DNA of 64,000 bases from Nageia nagi (taxonomy: Eukaryota; Plantae; Pinophyta): the NCBI GenBank assembly GCA_050084985.1, contig JBITNC010000001.1:190836001-190900000 (forward strand), in the 5' to 3' direction. Positions 36,301-48,300 of this stretch are shown here, in pieces. The position numbers and the translations under genes are program-made. Below the pieces are notes generated by a model, which was given only the letters and a program-made list of their open reading frames with translations, was not told where the DNA came from and made no database searches. Position 1 is the stretch's first letter. Each line of letters opens with the position of its first letter.

Positions 36301-39300
36301 TGAGTCGTTGAGTAGGTGTTTTGACAAGAGCCTTGGAGGTACAAAGTCCTTTTCAAATTGGGGAATTGGTAACACATTCCGAACTATGTTGCTTGGGATC
36401 TCCTAAGTTCCGTGCATGATCTTCAGAGGGTCTACCGTGGGAAAGAAAAGCATCCCAACACCACCCAGGCTGGGTGTCCCTCCTATGATGCCAAGGAATA
36501 CCTGGAAAAGTCACAAAATTGACTCCCAAGGTGGGACATCACACTTCACTGAACTCCAAGTTCTGAAATTACTGAAAACTGTAGTTCCAATGTGAATCTT
36601 GATGCAAATCCACCACTTTCCTGTCATGTACAAGGGCACATCACCTTGATACAAGCCTTACTTCTCTTGGAAACCTAGGGCACAAATCCTAAAGTTCACA
36701 AGAGGTGAGTTAGGGTTTCAGCCCACACTCCAAACACAACAAAATAACATTACCTAACTCCAAAATGGGGTGCACAATTCTCTCTTATAGGAGATGTTCT
36801 AATTCCTTGTTGCGGGGGACCCACTTATTACAAGAACATAACTTTAAGTTATAAAGCACAAAAAGACTTCTAAAGACATAAAAAGTGGGAACTAAAGACT
36901 TCTAAACACATCACTCTTTATTTTTTAACATTACATTTTATTACTAAGTGGGAACTGTTGTGCCCTACACAACTTGCCCCAAAATTTCGCAATTTTGGAG
37001 ACCCTTTGCAACTTGCACCTGTGTGACACCAAGTTGGTACAATCTCTCCTTGTCCCCAACTGATAGGAAACCACATCTATCTTCCCATCACCTAAGTGAG
37101 TCCAATCGCCCAGTCTTGGTCATGTTATGATGAAAAGCTAAAACCCTAAAAAATTGGCTAAGTCTGGAAAATCTAAGTCAAGTTTAGGTGAAACTGGGAA
37201 ACTTGTGTCGAGTCGGAACCAAGCAAAGTGAGTTCGGGCCACTCCTTGGCCTAGCGTATGCTCTAGGAAGACAATTTGTTCTTTTTGGGATGTGTGCTCG
37301 GGCCAGGAGGATGCCCGATCTTAGGTCCAAGTGTTGAAGATGGAACTGGGTCACTTCCAGACCCGGTGCATGCCATGAAAAGACAAAATTTTGTCTTTTT
37401 GGGGCATGCGCCAAGCTTAGGGGGGATGCCAAGGATGGAATGAAGGCCTGAAAAAGTTGACTTAGAACATTTCAAGGTTGGCGCATGCCTCAAAAAGACA
37501 AAATTTTGTCTTTTGGGAGCATGCGTCTAAGCCATTAGGTCGCCAAAATGGACTTGAGACCCAAAAGAATGAAGTGCACTCACCCAAGAGGCTGGTGCAT
37601 GCCTCAAAAAGACAAAATGTTGTCTTTTGGGAGCATGCACCAAGCCTAGGAAGGCATCTGATTGAGTTGAAACATGGAAATTGGCTAAGGCATGGAGACT
37701 AGAAGCCTGGATCTTGCTCGAGCATGACCAGAGAGGCTAGCACATGCCTCAAAAAGACAAATTCTTGACTTTTGGGAGCATGCGCCAAGCTTGGGAAGAC
37801 ACCAAGATGGAATGAACTTGAAAATATGACTTAGTCCTGAGAGCAGAAGACCAAAATGAAGCAAATCTGGCCACCTGCAACCCAGCGCATGCCTAAGGAA
37901 GACAAAATCCTGACTTTCTGGACCATGCGCCTAGAATGGAAGAGACAAAGAGATTGGAGAGCGTTTCAAAAAGACAAGATCTTGTCTTTTGAAACCATGC
38001 GCTAGGCCTGGAGGGTCTTCTGGGCCAGATCGTTGGGCAAAATGAGCAAGCTGGGACACCAAGATGAGCAAAAATGGGCAAGTTCAGGTCACATCTAGCT
38101 CAGGAGAGAGTTGGGAGCACCGTTTCAAAAGACAAAATCTTGTCTTTCTGTAGCATGCTCCTAGCTCAAGAGAGAGTTGGAAGCACTATTTCAAAAGACA
38201 AAATCTTGTCTTTCTGTAGCATGCTCCAGGCTCAGAAGAGAATTTGGAGCATCGTTTCAAAAAACAAAATCTTGACTTTCTCTAACATGCTCCAAGTTCG
38301 AGGCATACACTCGAAATGGCCAGATTTCAAAGATAGTCCTAGGTCATCCCAATGATACATGCAGGCTACTAGATTGTCCTTGCAGGTGCCCAAAAGGTGA
38401 ACAAGTCAAGTCTAGTGTTGCAAAGGCCAAGGAGATGCATGAGCCTGAGTACCAGAAGAGCACAACGACGTGTTGTTGCAGTTGCAACAATTTTATTTTA
38501 TGTTATTTTATTTATTGCAATTTTATTATAAATTTGGATTCTGTTGGGGGCTTTTTCTTTCCTACCCCTGCAGGTTGGCAAGTAGTATCACAGGGCTTAG
38601 TGGAAAGACTCCAACACCTGAGTGGTAGGGCGTTACCCCTACCCTCTATGAGGACTGTTCACCTCAAAGGTTAGAAAGTGAAGGGTGCATGGGCTTACTC
38701 AGGTGGTTTGGTGGAGATGTTTTAAGCTATTACCAACTCAAATGAAATTTTTTACTCAAGGACTCGAAGGGTCTCTCTAATCCAATGAGGTTGTTTCTTG
38801 AAGAAAAATAAAAAATAAAAAATAAAAGGAGTTTGTTGCGAAAGCTACGCAAAAATGGAAAAATAAAGAAAAGGGGTTTGTGAAGAGACAGTGATATATG
38901 AATGGGGCTCTGGGGCAATGTTCTCACCGATTAGTGTGAATTTCAGAGACTTGATTCGCATGGGTTTGTTCTAGGTTCCACGCATTCCCGATCCGACTTG
39001 TGAGGCAACAACATGAATACCTCAACAAGGGGAGCTTGAAGCTGAAGTGGTGGAAAGGGAGGATAGGATGGGGTAAGACTCAATGATGGAATGAAGTTCC
39101 TAGGTTAAATGACATATGCAAGTTCTCTCGGAAGACACTAATCCAAAGTGCAAACTACAGAATGTTCCAACTACACACCACTTAGAATATTTTGTATGAT
39201 TAATGAGCACTCTTTTGTCCACCTTTTAGAAGATTTACAAAATGAACCAAACATTCAAGATAGCATAGAGAAGTAACATACAATGACATCCATAGTCTCA

Positions 39301-42300
39301 AATAACAACATGCTCACTTCAATTACATGATATTTATATCACAATTGCGAAAAAAGGAAACTTGCAAGTTTGGAAGCATAGTGTAAGTAGTCCAATTTTT
39401 CACAAAATGTCTAATCCCCTACAAATGACCCGAAATGGGCTATGTATAGTTTTAGAGCAACTCTAAATGTTGCCTTAACCCTAATTGCAACTTACGAAAA
39501 CATAAAATATGATCCAATCAAAATATGCCACATGGCGTTACAAGATATCTTCCAAGTTTGTGGAAGCAAATTCTCATCCATCACAAGCTTGGGAATTATT
39601 AACAAATAAATTCAAGTTTCCAATTATAACTATGAAATAAAATAAAATAAAATATAACAAGTATTGTGACTAGTCGCTTGGTGGGCCCGACGCCTCTACA
39701 TGCCCCTCAAAGTTGTCTAGGAATTTGGCTATGAGCTCCAATCTATGCAACATCTTTGATAACCTGGGCTTGTTCTCGGCCATGTAGCGTTCCACCTTGT
39801 CCGCTATCCTCAACATGTCCTTCTCCCATGCATGAGCTTTAAGCAAATGCTCCAAGTGATTGCCAATCTGGAATGTGTTGATATCTTCAGTCATAATCAA
39901 GTTGTGAAGGAAGTGCCTCATTTTTGCCACCACTAGGTCTCTGTCTCGGATGCCCGCATCATCATCAAGAAACTTTACTTGGAGCTCCATTTGCTCAAGG
40001 CAAGTGTTTGCTTTGTCATTGAGCTTTTGTACATCCTTTTGCACCTCTTGGAATCGAGTGGCTATTTGATTGACCACACCCAAATAGAACCAATATTCTT
40101 CGTAGAACTTCATGTCTTTCGACCTATGATTCTATGTATCTCAAACTGCATGATCATGTGCCGCCTAGAATCTAGGACTCTGAGAAAATTGGTTCTCTCC
40201 ACAATGATATCTTTGAGCTTTTGCTCCTCGAGTGCTACCCTTTCTAGTGTTCCAATAAATCGCTGAACTACTGCCAAGACCTCATCTATGTGCTTTTGTT
40301 TCACTGCAATCATACCCTCCTTAAGTGGCTTGATCTTCCGAAGTTCTTCGGTGGGTACCTTAGTCGACTCCAATTCTTTTGTCAACTTCTTCTGTGCGGC
40401 TAACTCCTTCTTGAGGCCCTTAATCTCGTTATTTTTCATCATACCATCTTTGGTGATGGCCTCTGCGTTGGAGACGATTGCATGTTTCCGACCAGCCAAA
40501 CCGATCAGACCTGTAGTAATGATCTGGTTAATTTGCTTGAGGTCTTTTGGGCATTGTGGGTTCTCTTTGTTGGCTATAATAGTCTTAATGTGTATAGCAT
40601 TATCGGCTAAGTGGACATACGTTTGGGATTTTCCTAGACGGGTGGAGCTTTCTCCTACTTGGTCATCCTTTTCCCCTACTCCAAATTCTTTTCCGACATC
40701 CATATTGAACACATCAAGGCACTCCTCCATGTTTGACACCCCACTCATCCATGGGTGATAGCTGATAAGTGTCCACAACGGCGTCTTGATTGGCAACAAT
40801 GTTCCTCTTTATTCTCTTTGAGGGTCTCCTCTTCTTGTTCATCATGCTGATCATCTGAAGCTCCTGTGGCTCGGGACTGCGGTGTCTTCTTCAATCAAGC
40901 CTTCCTCTGTACTGTCTCTGAAATTGGTTCTCTACTTCTCTTTGTAGACAGCCCTGATGTTGTATTCCGACGAGTCTCCTTTAAAATCTCTACAGACACC
41001 TCTTGTCGTTGCGCATCAGGGATCTCCTCATCTTGGACCATATTCCGCTCCTGTTCATCCTCCGATACTCCAATCTCTACTTCCTCTTGGTTTTCATCGG
41101 GCCTGTAAGAGGGACTAGAGGCTGCTGACCCAGATGGTGGTACAACAGGTGACGTCGTGGCTATGGTGGCTCTAGGTGGTCTAGGTGGTGGAGAAGGATC
41201 TTGATGTCTATTTCGCACACACCTTACTACCTTATTTGTGGCTACCCGCTCTAGTTCCCTTGCATCATGCTCATCCATGGTGGCTTGCACTTGCCGTACA
41301 ACTGGGTTCTTGCCGTGCATGGTTGCATACTGTCCAACAGGTATGTTGTTTATTGGAGAAGGCTGGGTGACCTGGGAAGTAGACTCTTGAATTCTTCTTC
41401 CTTTGTTCCACAAGAGTCTCTTGCTAATTGTGGCTTCCACACGGTGTTGCTCATCACTTGCATTCTTGTGTACCCTTTCTCTTATCCTCTTGATCTCTAC
41501 CTCATTGTTGATATTCCGGAAAGGTTCCTCATCTGCAAGTGGCTTATGTTCATAGGGTTTCTTCCTTTCCTTCATGAAGAATGAGTGCAACTTGTGGTCC
41601 AGATCATAGTGGTCGGTGGAAGGATATTCTTGAAGTTGAACCTAGCCAACTCTTCTTTCATAGCATCCATATCCGTCCAGAACTTACACTGGTATTCTCC
41701 CACAGCGATCGGCAGATTTGATGTAGTCGATTTCTTCTACCACACTTGTTCGTTTACAAAGGCCAATTGCCTCATCATCTCCATTAGCAGAATCTTGTTA
41801 TTCACGGACCTTGGCAATTGATAGGGCTGTATGGCTGATCCATGTATATGAACATAAGAGAAGTGTTGGTGATGGAGGAAGAAATTGCCATGTTTTTTGA
41901 AAGCATCTTGGACGGAATTGGAGATCCATGCAACTGTGATCTCTCCCTTAATTTCTTTATATATCTCATATTCCCATCCATCATTTTTCATTGTGAAACT
42001 GTCCCACCTTCTCTCTAACTTCCACTTGGGATAGCACTTCCAAATGGAGTAAGTTCCTCTTTCTATCCAAGCCGTCTCACCTTGCACTGTAACCTTGTAT
42101 CTGCCGTGGAGCAACATGTATACTAGGTATGAATTGAGGTAGAATTTAGGAGTTGTATCAATGGATGACAATTGATCGGCTATTGAGTCGCTCAACACCT
42201 TGCTCCATCTGATCCTTTTGCCTCTAGCAATTTCAAGAATGAACCCAAAAAACTCCTTGAATTTTGAAGTGTCTTCCTTCTCGAGAACTCTGGATAACAA

Positions 42301-45300
42301 GAGAATCATTAACTCGACTGTCGGGTAGAAGTTGGAGCGAGGAGCATTGATGAGTGCATTTCCCTTCAACCTGTGATGTTCTTCGAACATCCAACTCTTA
42401 ATAGCGATGGATGCCCTGGGAGTCTCTTGGTAGCATGCGAGTAACCTAGCTTCGCTATATTCATAGTCACCCTCGGAAGTCCATTGAAATGCTGCTTTAA
42501 TTGCTTTGGGGCAAAAGTCCATAATAATGTCTCCTTGATGTCTCGGAGGATTCTCTCTCCTTTTTGCCAGTGGTGACCAACTTCCATGCACAACTCAAGG
42601 AATGGGGCTGTGAACGGGATGAAGGCACAGGTGGAGAGCCCAGTGAAGAAGACAATGTCCTGCTTTAGGTCAGTGGAAGGAAGCCCACGAATGCTCTCCC
42701 TCATCTGCATGGGGTCATGTTTTGCCAGTCAGTATCTCCGATGGTTGCAAAATCGTTCCTCGAGAACCTGGCTCCTTGGGGAAGGGCTTGTTGTCTCTCA
42801 AGAATGGAGATGACACAATTCTGTTTCAACCGCTCGAGGTCCCTAGCAAAGTTAGGAGCCGAATTGCCGTTGGAGGGAGTTATGGTATTTTCAATTGCGA
42901 CATGGCTCATCAAGGATACTACGTGGGTTTCCAAGTGAGAATAACCCTCATGTGATGGTAGCTAACCTCCCAAATGCTTGCACAAGCCCTAAGATGCACT
43001 AATGAAGATGTTTAGATGCAAAAATCTGCAATTTCTTGCTATTTTGGCACAAGGGTAGAAGTGGAGCAAGTTTTGAATTTGGGAAAATGAGGTCCCAAAG
43101 CTTGTATTTATAGCCAATTTGTCTCCCACCTTGCCCTAGTCGTCTAGGGTTTCTATCAAACCTAATCATATCCCTCTATCTAGTCGACCTCGAGAAGTGT
43201 GTCAGTTCGAAAACTCATGCCAAGCCTCGTGTCCAGATGTTGGGTCCAAAAGGTCATCCAGGCTTGGCACATGAAAAAAAAGACATAAAGGTGACTTTTT
43301 AAACCATGCGCCAGCCGTAAAAGGGAGTATGCTCCCAATGTTGGGTCTCCTGGTCATGTGCTTGCTTTCTTTGATCTTCCAACTCACCCATTAACCTAAT
43401 TTCGCTCGATTTTTGGTCTTCCAGTTGGCTGAATTAATCAATTTTGATGCTTCGTTTCAAACTGGGCAACTTATAGGCTTGGCGCATGCTTTCAAAAGTC
43501 AAGATTGTGACTTTTTGAGGCATGCGCCAGGCTTGGCTGCCTCTCCAGCTTGGTCGCATGGTTCAAAAAACAAAATTTTGTTTTTTTTCAAACATGCGCC
43601 AGCCTCTTGTTGACCTAGTTTGCGAATTTTGATCTTCAAATGGTGATGCCTTAGCCGAATTTTCATGCTTCTCGAATCTTGGAGGCTTCTTGGGCTTGGC
43701 GCATGCCTCAAAAAGTCAAGAATTTGTTTTTTGAGGTCATGTGCCAGCCCCCCTGGATATGCTTGAGTTGGTTTTGAGTTCCCTGGGTCCATGCCTTGTC
43801 AAATTTTCACTTTCTGTCGAACTGAAAGCCCTTCCAAGCTTGGCGCAAGGTTCAAAAAAACAAGATTTTGTCTTTTTGAGGCATGTGCTAGCCTCTTGGG
43901 TGACTTAGATTGTTTTTTCGACATCCAAACTTGCTCAACTTGTCCTCCTGGCCAAATCCCATGGTTCAAAAAGACAAGATTTTGTCTTTTTGAAGCATGC
44001 GCCAGCCTCCTGGTGTCTTTGCCTTAGGATTATTGCGCCTTCTTCTGGTCGAGAATGCTTCCTGTATCTGGCGCATGCTCAGTAAAGTCAAAGTTTTGTC
44101 TCCTGGAGGCATACGTTGGGCTTGTAAGTGCCCAGACTTCATCCTCGAACCTTCCCTCTCACTTGGACGACCCCTTGGCCTAGTCGCATGGTTCAAAAAG
44201 ACAAGATTCTATCTTTTCGAAGCATGCGCCAGCCCTTGGGAATGCCTAGTTTGACTTGATCAGCTTCCAGCTCATCTTGGACTTCCTAATTCATCTAGAT
44301 TTGGCTTTTACTTTTCCTGGACTTAGCCATTTAAAGGAATTTGCAATTTCTATTTTATCATGGCTAACTCTAACTAAGGGAGAGGCTATGAACTATGAGT
44401 AGTCCATGAATCAGGGTCTTGATGACGCAACATGGGGAGTGAAGATGACGACAAAACGAAGTATATACAAAGATGTGCTTGATGGTCTCCAAAATCGTAG
44501 GATTTTGAGGCATGTTGTATTTTATTCACAACAGATTCCAAATACATCAAATTTTGTACAACCTTGTGACAAATGAGGATTTGCTTCCACAAGTGCTAGA
44601 ATGAATCTTGTAATGCCATGTGGCACTTTATTATTGGACCACATTTATTTTTCTTGGACCACGTAATTCGGGTTAGGGCAACACTGTGGTTGCTTCCAAA
44701 ACTATTTATACCCCATTTTGATTCATTTGTAAGGGGGGATTGACACTTTTAACAATTGAAAGGAACTTTTGTCTGCTAGACCAAAAATTCTAAGTTGTTA
44801 AATGTGGTGTGTTAGGGTAATTGTGATGATATGCTTCTCATGTTGTAATGCCGAATTTGAATGAATGATTGATAGTGTTGTCTAGTTTGTTCTATCACTG
44901 CTTTATGTTGATTTTAATCACCTGGTGCATCTTGTAAATCCTAGTTGGGGTGGACAAGAGAATGCTTGTAGATTTTATGAAGTGGTTGATTAGCATCTTT
45001 TTTGTGATATTTTGTCATTTGCAATCTTAGGCTTGGATACCTCAAGATGTCTTGTTGATTTCGCTCACAGTAATAACTTCAGCCGGATCGTTGAGTGTTA
45101 CCTTCACCCCATCCTATTCCATCCTTGCCATAGCTTCACGCTCCTTCCACTAGACCATTCGTGTTGTTGGCTAGTGGAACAGATGGAGGGTGCATGGAAC
45201 CTATGCCAAGACTTAGCAAGTCGACTCTTGAGGACCTTATCCCAAGCCCTTGAGTATGCATGTCTACAGTTATATCTCACTACCCACAGTCTTTCCACCA

Positions 45301-48300
45301 ATTTTCTTTATTTTATTTTACACTTTTTTTTCGCGAATTTCGCACCTCTATTTCCCTTTAGCACTTTTTAGAAACAGCTTTGCCTAGTTACAAAGACATT
45401 CCGAGTCCTTGAATCCACACATGATATTCATGCTGGTGGCAGCTTCAAACATCTCAGCCGTTCCCTGAGTTATCCTCACCAAGTCGTGAAGCTAACCTTT
45501 GGTGTAACCAGTCCCCATAGCGGGAGGGAGTAACATCCCTTCACCTGAGGTGTTGGCATTTTTCTCACTACTCCAGGGTAGGAAAGAAAAACACCCCAAC
45601 AGGAACTACATAAATAATAAAATAAAATGTTCAAGGTTGTCACGGATTGGGGGAGGAGTGCCCAGGGACGGTAGGGGACGACAACCTGATTTTAGGAAAT
45701 GCAAGGGGGACGACAAGTATATATATACTAGAAAAGTCCCCAAAATTTTCAAATTCAAGAAAAGTAGATATTAGATATAATTTCAATGTTTCATTCATCA
45801 TTAGCATTCATGATTCATCCATGGACCAATTTAAATATGTAACATACTTTGAAAATAAAAATCTGTAACTACTAACATCCTAACAAGTAACATGATTATA
45901 AAATGAAAATAAAAAATCTGAATCATAAGTGATAAATTAGAATAAGCTATAAATATAGTCTAATAATCATAGTCAATAATCATAATGCCATTAAGTTTGA
46001 ATATTCTAAAGCCCAAAAACATAGTCTTTGACATGAATATATCAAATAAGTCAAAAATTACAAATAAGTGTAAATGACAAAATAATTGCAATGTGAATAT
46101 AAAGACATGTTTTTAGGGTTGGAGGGGTGGAGACCCTTGTGGGACCCACCCCCTAAGGTTTATGATTTTTTTTGTAAAAAAGTTGAGATTTTTTTTTTTT
46201 TTTTTATTTTTAGTGTGCAAGAGAGGGGGGATGGCTAGCCGTCCCCTGGGACGCCCTTTGTCCCATAGCCATCCCCTAGCCCCTAGCCGTCCCCTTTTCA
46301 AAATTTTAAAAGGAAACGTCCCCAAGGCTTGGGAAACCGTCCTGGGGACGTCCCCTCCGTACGCCCTAAAAAGGGACAACGGGTAAACATCCCCTGAGGC
46401 GTCCCCTAGTCTCGGGGATGTGGGGGACGGCAAAACGGGAAAAAAAGCGGGGGGACACGTCCCCTGATAAAATTGAAAATATTAGAACACAAAATGGGGA
46501 CATTACACAAAGTGCACATTGTTACGGTTGTCTGTTGGCTTCAGTCCTCATAAGAAACAACTTAAATCACATTCCAACTGTTTGGGCATTCTGAGACTGG
46601 GAAGATGACAATAAATATGAACTCAGTTGAAGAAAGGATGATGACATCATTAATTACCACCTTATACATGATTCTCTTAATTTCATGGACTACCGAAAAT
46701 TTATTCCGGTATTTTCCCTAGTTTATTGATCTGGCATCAACTCAGAATGATGTGAAGGTTAATTGGGCCAGTTAGTGCTACATTTGCATATAAAATTCCT
46801 AAACAGCGTCTATATAAATTGGTCAATACCTCATACACATCATGACAGTTTCTCTTTATGAAAGTACATTGACTTTGGCTGATTGTATTCCTGATGTTAG
46901 TACTGCATTAATGAAAATCAGATTGTTGACCCCTTTTGACCTTTTGTTGACTATTTGGTGGAGTTTGAACTGCTCTATTTTGTTTGACTGCATGAAATGT
47001 GGGATCATGAGTGTTACACATAAGTTACTAACCTGACTTATACGAATGCTATAATTTAATGTATTGTGATAAATGGTATCGTACTATCAATGGATGTTCT
47101 TGTCCTATCAAGCAGGAGTGCCTTTAGATATTAATTTCTTTTATACAAGCTAATTATATATTTTTATGTTTCAGCCAACACTTCTACAGGTATGATATAT
47201 CATAGGAGGGCTGTCCTTTGGTATCAATTTCTGTCATAGCAGATATAACTTTATATATCTCAGAATCATAGTAGCTAATTGTATATCTTTGTTTGGTATG
47301 CATCTGGTACCGTGACTGTAGGAAATTAGCACTGCTTATGCTTCAATGGATGCATCATGGTATCACTATCTTAGCAAGATGAATGAGGATTCCTAATAGA
47401 TCTGAGCTACATGGGGCCTGCCACTGTGATCTTGGGTATTCATTGGGCATAATCTCTGAAGAAAGTCCTCATGAACTCCCTAGGCCCCACAGACTCATTG
47501 GTAAATTGAAATAGATGTGACGCCTTTGCTAAGGGTATCCCTTTGGTAGGTGTTTCTTTTTTCTAAAGGGGATGTTAATATCGTTGGCTAGAATTGATAA
47601 CAGAAAGATATGCATATTATTACTTGGTTTAGGAACTTATGAATGTTCACTTTGCAGATGACTTCAATTTAGTATTTGAACAATGTATAGTAGTTAAATT
47701 TGGTCTCGGCAATAACTTGACAAGCTGCTGGTTTAGGAAAAAACTTGTACTTGGAAAAAACTAGGATAAAACCCCAGGAATAAAAAATATTAAAACATAG
47801 TTTTACTTTTCAAATAACTTGGTAAACTTTTGACTTGCCAAAAGCTCAGTAATAGCTCAAGTCAACTAAAAAATTGGCAAAAACTTGGTTAAAACTTAAT
47901 CAAGCTTAATATACTTCAAAAGAATAGATGAATTTGGATCACAGGGGGAATGGTGGCAAATGATCTGAAGTATAATGTCAAATACAGAGAAAGCTTTAAT
48001 TTGTAATGCTTTGTTATATTTGGGTGCTTGGGAATATCACAGTTCACCAAAAATGCAATGTTGGGTAATTTGATTTAGTATACATATTTGGTGTGGATGA
48101 GGTTCGGAGGTTGAAGTTGTTGACACTTGAAGTAATCTACTAACCACAACAATCTATCCACTTGTATAAATACTTGTATTGACTCATGATATTAATCTCA
48201 TTGAGTAGTGCCAACAGATTGATCCAAGCTTGTAGGAACATGCACATAGGTGATTTGAAAATCAGGTGGCTCCACCCAATGACTTTAATAACTAAGCATT

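Larger units (their letters stand above)
38542..44533 (-). mobile_element. Giant solo-LTR-like unit (5992 bp) carrying a long ORF, nested antisense in 36956-45601
   Basis: Minus strand TGTTGTGAATAAAATACAACATGCCTC...GGAAAGAAAAAGCCCCCAACA. Perfect TSD GATTC (38537-38541, 44534-44538). Confidence 0.93.
36956..45601 (+). mobile_element. Giant solo-LTR-like unit, palindrome-array subfamily, ORF-less (about 2.65 kb net)
   Basis: TGTTGTGCCCTACACAAC...GGAAAGAAAAACACCCCAACA. Perfect TSD GGAAC. Confidence 0.92.
32101..46507 (-). mobile_element. Solo LTR (about 840 bp net) expanded to 14.4 kb by four nested insertions
   Basis: TGTAAA...GGACATTACA with TSD CAAAG (32096-32100, 46508-46512). Orientation inferred. 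Confidence 0.85.

Noticed and set aside
39979-41821. Plus-strand ORFs of 60-156 aa (also 54701-55601 and 1456-2208)
   Set aside because: Antisense shadows of the minus-strand coding sequence.
37251-44233. CRISPR array call for the palindrome-spacer arrays
   Set aside because: Eukaryotic intron, no cas genes, degenerate repeats, spacers of about 17-170 bp, and spacers positionally homologous between two TE copies rather than acquired.
36956-45601. One 8.6-kb element with an antisense ORF
   Set aside because: Resolved by the GATTC TSD and family termini into two nested units; the ORF is sense to the inner one.
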